Shown here one piece after another: positions 13,983 through 29,129 of a stretch of 64,000 bases of DNA; position 1 is the first letter of the stretch, and each line of letters starts with the position of its first letter. Location: the NCBI RefSeq assembly GCF_009914755.1, contig NC_060925.1; one strand, given 5' to 3'. The translations under genes were made by a program, and so were the position numbers. The stretch is from the human T2T-CHM13v2.0 reference genome, Homo sapiens. The notes beneath the pieces were generated by a model that ran no database searches, had not been told where the DNA came from, and saw only the letters and a list, made by a program, of their open reading frames with translations.

Positions 13983-15007
13983 ATAGGGAGAATCCAGCGC
14001 AAAAAGGCTGAAAATTCCAAAAACCAGAATGCCTCTTCTCCTACAAAGGATCATAACTCCTTGCCAGCAAGGGAACAAAACTGGATGGAGAATGAGTTTG
14101 ATCAAGTGAAAGAAATAGGCTTCAGAAGGTCGGTAATAACAAACTCCCCCGAGCTAAAGGAGCATGTTCTAACCCAATGCAAGGAAGCAAAAAACCTTGA
14201 AAAAAGGTTATATGAATTGCTAACTAGAACAACTAGTTTAGAGAAGAAAATAAATGACCTGATGGAGCTGAAAAACATAGCACGAGAACTTTGAGAAGCA
14301 CAAACAAGTATTAATAGCTGAATCAATCAAGTGGAAGAAAGGATATCAGAGATTCAAAATCAACTTAATGTAATAAAGCATGAAGACAAGATTAGAGAAA
14401 AAAGAATGAAAAGGAATGAACAAAGCCTCCAAGAAAATAGGACTATGTGAAAAGACCTAATCTACATTTGATTGGTGTACCTGAAAGTGACGGGGAGAAT
14501 GGAACCAAGTTGGAAAACACTCTTCAGGGTATTGTCCAGGAGAACTTCCCCAACCTAGCAAGACAGGCCAACATTCAAATTCAGGAAATACACAGAACAC
14601 CACAAAGATACTCCTCAAGGAGAGCAATCACAAGACACATAATCACCAGATTCATCAAGGTTGAAATGAAGGAAAAAGTGTTAAGCACAGCCAGAGAGAA
14701 AGGCTGGGTTACCCACAAAGGGAAGCCCATCAGACTAAAAGAGGATCTCTCTACAGAAACCCTATAAGCCAGAAGAGAGTGGGGGCCAATAGTCAACATT
14801 CTTAAAGAAAAGAATTTTCAACCCAGAATTTCACATCCAGCCAAACTAAGCTTCATAGGTGAAGGAGAAATAAAATCCTTTACAGACAAGCAAATGCTGA
14901 CAGACTTTGTCACCACCAGGCCTTCCTTACAAGAGCCCCTGAAGGAAGCACTAGACATGGAAAGAAACACCTGGTACCAGCCACTGCAAAAACATGCCAA
15001 ACTGTAA
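13983..15007 (+). pseudogene. L1 ORF1p remnant
   Basis: Start codon mutated to ATA and in-frame stops present; peptides KRPNLHLIGVPE and QENFPNLARQ. Confidence 0.9.
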
Positions 15008-15070
15008 AGACCATCGACACTATGAAGAAATTGCATCAACTAACGGGCAAAATAACCAGCTAACATCATA

Positions 15071-18000
15071 ATGACAGGATCACATTCACACATAAAAATA
15101 ATAACCTTAATTGTAAATAGGCTAAATGCCCCAATTAAAAGACACAGACTGACAAATTGGATAAAGAGTCAAGACCCATCGGTGTGCTGTATTCAGGAGA
15201 CCCATCTCACATGCAAAGAAACACATAGGCTCAAAACAAGGGGATGGAGGAATATTCACCAAGAATGGAAAAAAATAAAAAGCAGGGGTTGCAAACCTAG
15301 TCTCTGATAAAACAGACTTTAAACCAACAAAGATCAAAAGAGACAAAGATGGTCATTACATAATGGTAAAGGGATCAATGCAACAAGAAGAGCTATCTTA
15401 AATATATATGCACCCGATACAGCAGCACCAAGATACATAAAGCAAGTTCTTAGAGACCTAAAAAGAGACTTACACTCCCACACAATAATAGTGGACACTT
15501 TAATACCCCATTGTGAATATTAGATCAACAAGATAGAAAAACAATAAAGATAACTCAGATCCGGATCAAGCAGACATAATAGACATCTACAGAACTCTCC
15601 ACCCCAAATCAATAGAATATACATTCTTCTCAGCACCACATTGCACTTATTATAAAATTGACCACATAATTAGAAGTAAAATACTTCTCAGCAAATGCAA
15701 AAGAACAGAAATCATAAGAAACAGTATCTCAGACCACAGTGCAATCAAACTAGAATTCAGGATTAAGAAACCTGCTCAAAACCGCTCAACTACATGGAAA
15801 CTGAACAACCTGCTTCTGAATGACTACTGGGTAAATAACAAAGTTAAGGCAGAAATAAAGATGTTCTTTGAAACCAGTGAGAACAAAGACACAACTTACC
15901 AGAATCTCTGGGACACATTTAAAGCAATGTTTAGAGGGAAATTTATAGCACTAAATGCCCACAAGAGAAACCAGGAAAGATCTAAAATCAACATCCTAAC
16001 ATCACAATTAAAAGAACAAGAGAGGCAAGAGCAAACAAATTCAAAAGCTAGCAGAAGACAAGAAACAACTAAGATCAGAGCAGAACTAAAGGAGATAGAG
16101 ACGTGAAAAAACCCTTCAAAAAAAAAAATCAATGAATCCAGGAGGCGATTTTTTTAAACAATCAACAAAATAGACTGCTAGCCAGACTAGTAAAGAACGA
16201 AAGAAGAAGCAAATAGACACAATAAAAAATGATAAAGGGGATATCACCACCGATCCCACAGAAATACAAACTACTATCAGAGAATACTGTAAACACCTCT
16301 ACGCAAATAAACTAGAAAATCTAGAAGAAATGGATAAATTCCTGGACACATACATCCTCCCAAGACTAAACCAGGAAGAAGTCAGGTCCTTGAATAGACC
16401 AATAAAAAGTTCTGAAATTGAGGCAGTAATTAATAGCCTACCAACCAAAAAAAGTCCAGGACCAGATGGATTCACAGCCAAATTCTACCAGAGGTACAAA
16501 GAGTAGCTGGTACAATTCCTTCTGAAACTATTCCAAACAACAGAAAAAGAGGGAATCCTCCCTAACTCATTTTATGAGGCCAGCATCATCCTGATACCAA
16601 AACCTGGCAGAGACACGACAGAAAACGAAAATTTCAGGCCAATATCCCTGACAAACATGTATAGGAAAATCCTCAATAAAATACTAGCAAACTGAATCTA
16701 GCAGCCCATCAAAAAGCTTATCCAACATGATCAAGTCAGCTTCATCCCTTGGATGCAAGGCTGGTTCAACATACACAAATCAATAAATATAATCCATCAC
16801 TTAAACAGAACCAATGACAAGAACCACATGATTATCTCAATAGATGCAGAAAAGGCCTTTGACAAAATTCAACACCCCTTCATGCTAAAAACTCTCAATA
16901 AACTAGGTATCGATGGAACGTATCTCAAAATAATAAGAGCTATTTATGACAAACCCACAGCCACTATCATACTGAATGGGCAAAAACTGGAAGCATTCCC
17001 TTTGAAAACTGGCACAAGACAGGGATGCCCTCTCTCACCACTCCTGTTCAACATAGTATTGGAAGTTCTGGCCAAGGCAATCAGGCAAGAGAAAGAAATA
17101 AAGGGTATTTAAATAGGAAAAGAGGAAGTCAAATTGTCTCTGTTCGCAGATGACATGATTGTATATTTAGAAAACCTTATCATGTCAGCCCAAAATCTCC
17201 TTAAGCTGATAAGCAACTTCAGCAAAGTCTCAGGATACAAAATTAACGTACAAAAATCACAATCATTCCTATACACCAATAACAAACAGAGCCAAATCAT
17301 GAGTGAACTCCCATTCACAATTGCTACAAACAGAATAAAATACCTAGGAATACAACTTACAAGGGATGTGAAGGACCTCTTCAAGGAGAACTACAAACAA
17401 CTCCTCAAGGAAATAAGAGAGGACACAAATAAAAGGAAAAACATTCCATGCTCATGGATAGAAAGAACATTGTGAAAATGGCCATACTGCCTAAAGTAAT
17501 TTATAGATTCAATGCTATCCCCGTTGAGATAACTTTGACTTTCTTCACAGAATTAGAGAAAACTACTTTAAATTTCATATGGAACCAAAAAAGAGACTGC
17601 ATAGCCAAGACAATCCTAAGCAAAAAGAACAAAGCTGGAGGTATCATGCCACCTGACTTCAAACTATACTACAAGGCTACAATAATGAAAACAGCATGGT
17701 ACTTGTACCAAAACAGATATATAGAACAATGGAACAGAACAGAGGCCTCAGAAATAACACCACACATCTACAACCATCTGATCTTTGACAAACATGACAA
17801 AAACAAACAAGCAATGGGGAAAGGATTCCCTATTTAATAAATGGTGTTGGGAAAACTGGCTAGCCATATGCAGAAAACTGAAACTGGACCCTTTCCTTAC
17901 ACCTTATACAAAAATTAACTCAAAATGTATTAAAGACTTAAATGTAAGACCAAAAACCATAAAAACCCTAGAAGACAACCTAGGCAATACCATTCAGGAC

Positions 18001-18860
18001 ATAGGCATTGGCAAAGGCTTCACAACTAATACACCAAAAGCAAGGGCAACAAAAGCCAAAATTGACAAATGAGATCCAATTAAACTAAAGAGCTTCTGCA
18101 CAGCAAAAGAAACTATCATCAGAGTTAACAGGCAACCTACAGAATGGGAGAAAATTTTTGCCATCTATCCATCTGACAAAGGGCTAATATCCAGAATCTA
18201 GAAAGAACTTAAATTTACAAGAAAAAAAGCAAACTCTATCAAAATGTGGGCAAAGGATATGAACAGACACTTCTCAAAAGAAGACATTTATGCAGCCAAC
18301 AAACATGAAAAAATGCTCATCACTGGTCGTTAGAGAAATGCAAATCAAAATCACAATGAGATACCATCTCACGCCAGTTAGAGTGGTGATCATTAAAAAG
18401 TCAGGAAACAACAGATGCTGGAGAGCATGTGGAGAAATAAGAATGTTTTTACACTCTTGGTGGGAGTTTAAATTAGTTCATCCATTGTGGAAGACAGTGT
18501 GATTATTCCTCAAGGATCTGGAACCAGAAATATCATTTGACCCAGCAATATACCATTACTGGGTATATACCCAAAGGATTATAAATCATTGTACTATAAA
18601 GACACATGCACATGTATGTTTATTGCGGCACTATTCACAATAGCAAAGACTTGGAACCAACCCAAATGCCCATCAATGATAGACTGGATAAAGAAAATGT
18701 GGCACATATACACCATGGAATACTATGCAGTCACAAAAAAGGATGAGTTCATGTCCTTTGCAGGGACATGGATAAAGCTGGAAACCATCATTCTCAGCAA
18801 ACTAACACAAGAACAGAAAACCAAACACTGCATATTCTCATTCATAAGTGGGAGTTATAC
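15071..18860 (+). pseudogene. L1 ORF2p (endonuclease/RT) remnant
   Basis: MTGSHSHIKIITL start, [10 protein letters not shown] and LFADD motifs; split into many ORFs by frameshifts and stops. Confidence 0.92.
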
Positions 18861-18960
18861 AATGAGAACACGTGGACACAGAGAGGGGAACATCACATGC
18901 TGGGGCCTGTTCGGTGGGGCGGGGTGGGGGGTGTGGGGGGCTAGGGGAGAGATAGCATTA

Positions 18961-19494
<534 letters not shown>

Positions 19495-22400
19495 TTATCT
19501 TTTAGGACAAAGTAAAACTGGCAACTTTGTATTGCTATCTCATGGCTAAGGTTCCAAGCTATTGGATCATCATCTATGTGTATGTATACATGTCTAGATA
19601 TTTACATGTACACTTATTGTTATATGTTGTGTTTACCAAAATTGGCTTATAAGTAAGATACTGTTCATACATTAAATAAGTCTAAGTAATTTTCAAGTTC
19701 ACGTGACTTAAAGTATTACTTTACTAAACAAGCTAGCTTTAAAATTATTGGCAGAATAAAAATAGAAAGGCCTTCAGAATTGTCAGCATACATTTTGTCT
19801 GAATTTTATGTTTGTCTTTGCTAGATATTTTTAAATATCAGTGTTAATTCAAGCTGGGAGCTGCTTGGGGGGAGCCTGCCTCCCATTCTATTCAAAGGCT
19901 CACTGAGATAAGTGCATATCTGATTGCTTTCTTTGGAAAGGCTAATCAGAAACTCAAAAGAATGCAACCCTTTGTCTCCCACCTGTAATCTGAAAGCCCC
20001 CAAGTCCCCTCCTGCCTTTCCGGATCAAACCAGTGTTTATTTTACATATGTTGATTGATGTCTCATGTCTCCCTTGTTAAAAGTAAAAAATTAAGTACAG
20101 TGAATGGGATATATGTTTTAGGTAAGCTTTTTGTGTAAATTAAAATCTTAAAGTTATTTTTAATGCTCATTTAATATCTGGGTCATTTCAAGAAAGGGTT
20201 GTGATATGGGGAAATACGTTTCTAAAATTGTGGAATTGTTCTTATCCATAAATGCCTATACCTAATAGTTCAGGATTTCCTGCTTCTCAGGGTTTCACTA
20301 AAGTTTTAGATTACTAAGGATAAAATTCTAGTTCACATGTAATTCTGTATACAAAACGTGCCAGACAGAGTTATGTTTTTAGTGGTAAAAAGAAGAATTT
20401 TGTCTAATTCAGAGTTTATCTAAAAGTTAGTTGAAATTACAGATTTGAAAAGGTGTAGATTTGAACAGTGTAGTCAGGAATCATTCAGTAGGAGAGAAAG
20501 ATGTGGAAAAAGTTTAAATAATAAAATATTCTTTAAAACCTGATAGAGAATGGGAGACATTTGGCTAACTAACATTTTCATAGTTAAAGCTCTTAGTCTT
20601 GATTGAAGAAAAATAATAGGCAGTTTGACAATTCTTTTCTTAATATAGTTAAGCATGAAGCTGGATTCGGTGTAAAGCCAAATTTCACATACATGTTTGC
20701 ATTACCTCACACTATGTTTATTGTTTGCATAGAATGTATAATGATATTGATGAACTTAAGGATATTGAATTGTGTATCAGGAATAAAATATTCATTATGT
20801 GGGTTTTTGGGGGGCCCTGGGTAACACTGTAGCCTCCAGGGTAAATTGAGTAGGAAAATTTAGGGTTGGTTTTCTGTTTATTTGTTTTTGCTTCTAGTTT
20901 TCATTTGTTTGCTGTTTATTCTCCTCTGGCTTTACTTGTGTATCCATATATATAAAACCATGTTTGTTTGTTTGTTTTTGTTTTTTGTTTGTTTGTTTTT
21001 TTAGTTCCCAGTGGAAGGCTTTTGTTTAGTTCTATGTTCCTACGCATTTCTAGCAAGTTATTATTCGTTCCATTTATCTGGAATTCCTAAGCTACCTTTG
21101 TCAGGCCACAGGAATTAATGGAGCACACCAGCTTTTTATCCTTATAAACTAACGTTTTAGATTTTAGGCTTCCTAATACTCTAAGGGTGTTGAGTATACT
21201 TTCGTAAATAGAATTTGAATCATATTGCTCCTCTCTGCCTAACTTGTCCAACATTTGTAAATTATTTGTGAATATTCTTAATTCATGGCAATGTGTTTAT
21301 TTGCATACAATCAAGCAGGGTCACCAGGGCTGCTCAAGGAGAACCCAGAAACCTGGCATGCCAGCAAAGGGTAAGAATTTCTTACCAGTCAGTCCCTGGC
21401 CTCTTCCTCTCTGTGCAAACTGATTATATATAAAGTAAAGGTCACTGTATATCTCCTCTGTAAAGTTTTAAATTAATTGGTTTAATAATAAGAACTTAAA
21501 TATTTTGTCAGAAAAGTGAAAAATGTAATGCCTTTTATTTAGTTCATGTGACTTGAGTAATCTTCGGGAAATAAAGACAATTTTCAAGATTATTGGTAAA
21601 ATACAAATGTCTTCAAAATGTAAAAATGTGGTCTAAATTATGTTCAAATATTAGGTTTGCTAAAAGCTTTAAGGTCATAAATTTTGAAAATTCTTTAACT
21701 TGTCTGCTTTCCAGCTAGGTAAGGCTTGGGGACATTTGGAGTTGGCCATGCCTCTAATTATGCTGGAAATAGTCAAACCTTATCAGAACATAACTTACCA
21801 GGTTTTACATTAAAGTTAAAATTGCTAAGAGTCGCCATTGTAACATGCAATTAAGACTACTAGAAACAGTTTTACATGCAAGGTGTGTAAAAACAGTAGA
21901 ATGTGGGGTTTTTGTTGTTGTTGTTAAAGGTTATAAAAGATTTTTGCTTCTTTAGAAAATTTCTGAGTCATCATTTTGGCAAAATAAATAATTTATGGTA
22001 ATCTGGAATTCCAAAAGCAAACTTAGGTTTCAAAATTATCTTTCCTCATGCCTGACTTTTTGGATGGATAAGAGGGCCCCTGAAAACATCCAGAAAGGAG
22101 GTAAACAGGATTATTTGATATGTTTAGGTACATGGGATTGCCAAAATGATGTTCACTCTTCTTTAGGTTATATTTTTGTGAATAATACTGATATGTATTC
22201 CAAAATTGTATGGAATTTCTAAAATTCTAATGTCTGAGTATATACTACCAATCACAATTATAGTTATTCTGTTAAATTATTGTAAATCACAGAAATAACC
22301 AAATTTCCTTGCATAAAGCTACTAACCCAGGTAAAACAAAAAAATTAATTAAATATCAATAAAATACTTTTCATGTTAAACCAGCTAATACTGAAATTGT

Positions 22401-22544
22401 TTAAAATAGTTTAAATTTTAAATTGTTTAAAATTGTTTAAAACATTTTATAAAGAGATTTCATTCAATTGTTATCTTCAATTCACGTGTTCTGGTTGTAT
22501 TAAAAGCTTTCCCATGCAAGAAGGCTGATGTTATGACAGTAGAT

Positions 22545-23559
22545 TGTTATGGGAACTCAGGGACCCCGAATGGAGGGACTGGCTGGAGCCACGGCAGAGG
22601 AACATAAGTTGTGAAGATTCCATTTTAATATGGACATTTGTCAGTTGCCAAATAATGCTTTTTTAATTTCTTATGCCTGTCTTTACTTTAATCTCTTAAT
22701 CCTGTTATCTTCGTAACCTGAGGATGTACGTCACCTCAGGACCACTGTGAAAATTGTGTTAACTGTACAAATTGATTGTAAAACATGTGTTTGAACAATA
22801 TGAAATCAGTTCACCTTGAAAAAGAACAGAATAACAGCAAATTTTAGGGAACAAGGGAAGACAATCATAAGGTCTGATTGCCTGCGAGGTTGGGCAAAAA
22901 GAGCCAAATTTTTCTTCTTGCAGAGGGCCTATAAATGGACATGCCAGTAGGAGAGATATCGCTAAATTCTTTTCCAAGCAAGGAATATTAATATTAATAC
23001 CCTGGGAAAGGAACACATTCCTGGGGGGAGGTCTATAAACAGCTGCTCTGGGTTTGTCTGTCTCATGCGGTTGAGATAAGGACTGAGATATGCCCTGGTC
23101 TCCTGCAGTACCCTCAGGCTTATTAGGGTGGGGAAAAACTCCACCCTGGTAAATTTGTGGTCAGACCTGTTCCCTGTTCTCGAACCTGTTTTCTGTTAAG
23201 ATGTTTATAAAGACAGTATGTGCACAGCTGAACATAGACCCTTATCAGTAGTTCTGTTTTGCCTTTTGTCCGGTTCCCTCAGAAGCATGTGATCTTTGTT
23301 CTGCTTTTTGCCCCCTTGAAGCATGTGATCTTTGTACCTACTCCCTGTTTTACAACCCCTCCCCTTTTGAAACCCTCAATAAAAACTTGCTGGTCTGAGA
23401 CTCAGGTGGGCATCACGGTCCTACCAATATGTGATGTCACCCCTGGTGGCCCAGCTGTAAAATTCCTCTCTTTGTACTCTTTCTCTTTATTTCTCAGCTG
23501 GCCGACACTTACGGAAAATAGAACTTACATTGAAATATTGGGGGCAGGTTCCCCTGATA
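22545..23559 (+). mobile_element. MER11 (HERV-K HML8) solo LTR
   Basis: TGTTATGGGAACTCAGGGACCCCGAATGGAGGGAC...GGTTCCCCTGATA; perfect 6-bp TSD GTAGAT at 22539-22544 and 23560-23565. Confidence 0.92.
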
Positions 23560-24099
23560 GTAGATTATTATGCTACAGTGTATTTTCACCAGGTAAAAAA
23601 AGCTTTTTATGGTTTGGATCTTCTGAGAACACTGGAGAAAGACCATTCTTGCCATCCACACTACAACACAACTTCAGGACTTTGAGCTTTGGGTCCGCGG
23701 TCTCAAAACTGAGAAGGGTCCCCCCACACATTTGGAACTGTGCACCCATTGGAACCCTTGAGGTAAAGCTAACCAGGGAAATTTATCCCAAGAAGAAGAT
23801 GGCTTCTTGAAGTGAACAGCTTTTCCCAAGTTCACAGGTTAAGACTTCTACTATCATGAAACTCTTATCTTTGAATATTCTTTTTCTTGCTTATGCCTCT
23901 ATGAACAATAGAAGGGAGTCTGTAACATGCACTTATGAGATATACTTTTGTTTGTGAAGGAGTTTGCAGCCAGCCTTATACATGGATAACCTTATACTTT
24001 GATAGATAAAAGATGAAGGCCCAATGTAGGTAGGAAACTTTAATGGTTTGTGCGTTGCCTCATAATCAGTCAAAAACAAAACATTGGTTCACTCCTCTT

Positions 24100-24700
24100 A
24101 ACCCACATCATGGGTTAAAGAGAACAGTGCTAGCAGGTGTTCACTATTCTAAAAGGGCATCATTTGTTAGGTCCTTTCTCACGATTTAAAAAAAAGCAAT
24201 GATTAGAAATCATGAGGGATACATGTATCATGAGGGATACTCAATAGCAAATTCTACTGTAAAGGCTATAGTTACACAATAGACTTTAAATTCTCTTGTG
24301 AAAGTTATGCTAAATAATAGAATTGGCTTAACAGCGAAGTATCTGTGCAGCTGCTGGCACTTGTGACCTGCGGGGGAGGAGTGGATGGGGGGAGAATACA
24401 TCAAATGAAGATTATAGAAATTCAGTGGTAGGGGACTGATGAAGAAACTGCTTAGTCAAATGAGTAAACTCTTTATCTAGCTCATTCTTTGCTCTATTTG
24501 ATTTTTGGAGGTTTGGTTTATGGGGACCTTGGGTAAGGAGGGTACTCCAAACTCTTGGTATTATCCTTCCAATAGGTATAATAGTTGTCTTCCTGGTGTG
24601 CTGTATTCTCTCAATTTTAAATGCTTTCATGCAGCCATTTCTAGAATGTCATATGTTCTCTCTTCAACTGACATAACAAGAACTGGAAGAAATGTGCAAT
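24100..24700 (+). pseudogene. ERV env TM-subunit remnant
   Basis: Manual translation gives NSLVKVMLNNRIGL (ISD-like), ICAAAGTC in a shifted frame, and the hydrophobic anchor LQTLGIILPIGIIVVFLVCCIL. Confidence 0.7.
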
Positions 24701-25320
24701 CATGAGGACACTGTAACCTATAAGTGATGTGCTGAGACCAGAAGCCCAAAATGATGGTAACTGAGAGTGGCACGAAGGCCCTAAGTTTTGGTCATGCTCT
24801 CACCTAAGTGAGCCAAAAAGAGGGAATTTTTTAAACAAAATTCTAGGAGGCCATTGTTTTGGACTGAACTCATGCACCAGGCCCCAGCAAACCAAACCGA
24901 AATGGAGTCCCTCGTGCTAAGACTTTAAGGAAACACATAGATTCTAGAACAGACCAGGTTTTGTTTTTTTTTTTCTCCTGCAAATCTCTATAACAAACAT
25001 TTCTAACAGCATAGGTAGCCACCCCTTGAAGTTCTCATTAAATCTTTTAACCAAATTCATTTTCTCCTGCCTAGAGACCATCAAGCTTCAGATAATCATG
25101 CAACAAAAGACCCATCCGGTTCCGGGTGAAGACAACACCCCCACCCCCTGCCCCCGCTGCCAGCCATCAAGAAGCTACCCTGACTTCACTAGATAGAGCA
25201 GGGCTAGTTCTGTGATCCCCAATAGGTAGGGACCACGCCCCAAGCCAGCATGAAGCAATTACAGAAAAAAAGCATGGGTCCCTCTGCCTCCCAGGAAGAT
25301 TTATGGGGATCACATCTCTC

Positions 25321-25330
25321 AGTGGGGAGA
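25321..25330 (+). other. Polypurine tract
   Basis: AGTGGGGAGA immediately before the 3' LTR. Confidence 0.75.
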
Positions 25331-25646
25331 TGAGGCAGGAAAATAGGGCCTAGAGGCAGGGAACATAAGGCCAATTCATACTTCAGCTATAACAGGAAAT
25401 ATACTCTCCATAGAGCCCATGCCATAATTGTCTTTGTAACTTTACTTCATCCTCTCCATAGGGCATACCCGAAGGAACCAGTGGAACCCTTTAGGGAGTA
25501 AACTCCCATTTTGAGCTCCTATGTTCAGGCCACTCCCACACTGTGGAGTGTACTTTCATTTTCAATAAAATCTTTCATTTCTTCCTTGCTTTGTTTGTGC
25601 GTTTTGTTCAAGATGCCGAGAACCTGGACACCCTCCACCATTAACA
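25331..25646 (+). mobile_element. MER61 3' LTR (316 bp)
   Basis: Homologous to the 5' LTR; AATAAA at about 25564; followed by TSD GAAG. Confidence 0.9.
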
Positions 25647-25719
25647 GAAGGGTTAGTTTACTTGTAATCCAGGTAGTTTGTCTAAATTACCCAGTTTGTT
25701 ATTACCAGAAGAGAAAATG

Positions 25720-26250
25720 CTAGAGTGATCTTTTAAAATCATAGTATGATCATGTCATTTCTCAGTTTAAATCTTTTCAGTGCTTCTTAGAATAAAATCT
25801 AAATTATGTTTATGGTTCAAATCCCTGTGTGATCTGGCCTCTAACTTCTTCAACCTCATTTACTTTATTCTAGTTTTTCCTGATGAATGGAGCTTTTTGT
25901 TTCCAGAGCAAGCCAAACTTTCACCTCCCTCTACCTCAAATACTTATCCCTGGATCATTCCATGGCTTCTTCTAACTCATCTTATAGTTCTCATGAAAGA
26001 TGACTTCCTTGGAAAGGTTAAGGAAAGACCTGTCCTAACTAAACTAGCTTGTCCAACTCCAGCTTATTGTACTTTACTTCCTTGATAACACTTACCAAAA
26101 TCTTTAATTACTTGGTTATTTTTCTTATTTTTATCTATTTAATGTACACTTTGAGAACTGGGGCTGTTTCTCTAGTAGCCAGCATGATGCCTCACACAAC
26201 ACAAAGAAGTTACTCAATAAACAGAGGTACCATGAATGAAGGTTGTATAA
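25720..26250. mobile_element. L2 fragments
   Basis: gtgatcttttaaaatcatagtatgatcatgtc...tactcaataaac...tgaatgaa, L2 3'-type motifs. Confidence 0.55.
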
Positions 26251-26379
26251 GTGCTGACAATATATGTTTGAAATAGAATTAATGATGATTTTTGTCATCC
26301 CTATGGTAGCACCAGTAGTAGCAGTGGCTGTGGCAGTTAAAAATAGTAACATGGCAGTGAAAAGCAGTCAGTCATACTG

Positions 26380-26475
26380 ACTGTGCTTGAATTGTACTCT
26401 GTCACCTGCTACTGTGTGACTTTGGACAAGTTAACTTTTCTGTGACTCAGTTTCCTCATCCTTTGACAAGTGATA
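26380..26475. mobile_element. MIR fragment
   Basis: tgtgtgactttggacaagttaacttttctgtgactcagtttcctcatc. Confidence 0.7.
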
Positions 26476-26477
26476 AT

Positions 26478-26750
26478 CAAGTCTTCATCCTTTATCCAAA
26501 TCCTGGGCTGAATATGTTTGGAAAGTCAGAATTTTTTTTCTATTTTAGAAAAGTAAAGTGATATATACCATACATTCTATAGCAATGCTAGCGGTGTCAA
26601 GGGCAGCTCCCATAATCAAATACATAAATATGTTTGCAATGAGACGTATACATATTAACCCTAAGTGGAATAACTAGACTATAAAGAGGCTTATGTCAGT
26701 TTGGCTGAGACTTTACTATGTAAACTTTAAAACCTGGATTTTCAGAGCTA
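26478..26750. mobile_element. Ancient Tigger-type MITE
   Basis: Resembles an old TcMar-Tigger non-autonomous element; exact family uncertain. Confidence 0.4.
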
Positions 26751-27286
26751 ATCCTTGAGAACTCAAATGCATGTAGCAACATAGAATTTTAGAAGTGGGA
26801 ATAATTCTAATGACCATTTTTATAACTTCTCCAATTGTAATGACAAAAAGAAAGCTAAGACCTAGAGGTGTCAAACCATCCTCCCAAGGTTATATTGCTG
26901 GTTCCTAGCAGTGTTGGAGACTGACTTTCAGTTTAGTGTCCTTTCTGCTGCACTATGACTTAAAAAAATCAGAAGATCATTTTATTTCAGAGTTGAAAAC
27001 AAGCACTAACCAATCTTTCTTGGGGTATCTTCCTGTCTTTAAATTGTTACATGTGAACTGACATTCCCATGATCAGTGAGTAATTTTTTTGATCATACAA
27101 ATGTATGAACTTCTTAGTACATGGTGATCACGAGGAGAGGAAATGATGTTGCATCAAAGGTACCTACAACAGAGTGAAGACGACATATACAAAAAAAGAT
27201 GAGCAACAAACGAGAGTCAGCATGTGATGCTTTTGAATGGGTACTAAATACTACAATATTATTTTGTATTGTAGAAAACATTATAA

Positions 27287-27688
<402 letters not shown>

Positions 27689-29129
27689 TCAGATGTGTTA
27701 ATCCTTATCTCATATAACAAATCATCTTCTGATATATGTGACAATTGACTGACATTTATTTTAGCTGTTGAGAATTGAGTCTTTAGTAGCATATCAAACA
27801 CTAGTTCATCTTTATTCCATAAAAATACTAACATTGCCAGTAGAGAAAGTTAGTGTGTGATTTTGTAAAGATAAGGGCACTTGTTAATTTACTTTAAAAA
27901 GTTTCAGAGCCCACAATGCTGCAGGCGAACATTTTAAAGTTAAACCTGAAGTAGTATTTAATGGCACAGAGGTGGGATGGTAGCCTCTTAAGTAGTAGGG
28001 GCAGAGTCATGGAATGATTGAAACACAAATGCCACAGAGATTGCCAAAATGTTATTCTCTTGGATCCTTTACAGGCGGAAAATTCTCTGAAGGCAGAGTA
28101 CCACAGACGTAGAGATGGGAAGTGTCTGCAGCAGCTGTTCACGGGAAGCTGTCGGCAAAAAGAAGAGCAGCGGAGTCATAGAATGACGCTGCAATTAGAA
28201 ATGAAAAGTGGATGCAAATTTGTCTGAGGGACACATTTTTCCTCTTGAAATAATTCAAGTGACTTGCCAAAGGCCTCTGGAAATGGATGATGTGCATATT
28301 TGCTGGCATGGAAGGCTAGTTTCTTAAAACATAAAGTTTCTCATTTTTGTAAGTGTAATGAAGACATATTTTCAGTTTCCCTAATGAGCTATAGGAATAA
28401 GAAACTGTGGAAAGGGAGCCTCACCATTTTACAAGCAATTTGGTGCATGCTATACACCTAATCTAAGTTTAATTTCTTTCTTTTCTTGATAGAATTCTAT
28501 TTTGTTATTACAAGAAAAAAGCCATAAAACATAAGTGGAAGGTAACTATCATGCACATTTTGGTGTACCTTCCAGGTTTTCCTATGCATGTGTTTGTGAT
28601 TTTTAAATAATAAATGTTTAAAATACTAAGCAAAGAGTTTTGAGGCTTCTTTTCCATTCAGAATTACGTGGACCCCCTTCCATGTCTGTACATTTTTTGC
28701 ATAATGGCTGAAAAAATAATAGAGCGTTTTCTAGAACCAGCCATGTGCTGAGAACTTGACATTCTCTTTTTAAAATTTAATCTTCCAGTAACCTTATAAC
28801 ATTGGTATTATTATTCTCACTTTATAGCTGAAGAAATCAAAGTCTAGCTTAAGTAATATGTCCAAGTACAGTTACACAGGAAGAAGGGGAAACAGAATTT
28901 AAATCCAGGCACTCTACGAGTTTATACCGCGAATCGTATTACTCAGTTTTTCTTTTGTATGTACAACCCACAATACGGTATATCTAAAAGTTTCACACTT
29001 TTCATGAAACATAAATTGTTTCATGTTTCCTTCTTCTCTTCTTTCCCTCTTTCCTTCCCTCCCTTTCCTTCTTCTTTCCTTTCTGTTACAAACAGGTCTT
29101 TGATGAGCATCTGTTTAGCAAAATCTTGA

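Noticed and set aside
15071-18860. Active reverse transcriptase (L1 ORF2 with intact FADD)
   Set aside because: Many stops and frameshifts, and the ORF1 start codon is lost. ORF2 in 41032-44423 is similarly broken.
18905-18950. G-quadruplex-like tract
   Set aside because: A standard feature of L1 3'UTRs.
23259-23810. 183-aa ORF spanning the MER11 / ERV junction
   Set aside because: It starts at a non-ATG codon, is chance read-through of LTR sequence and has no recognisable domain.
28060-28230. Possible exon after tttacag with a few CpGs
   Set aside because: No convincing splice donor and no recognisable peptide; cannot be supported without RNA data.
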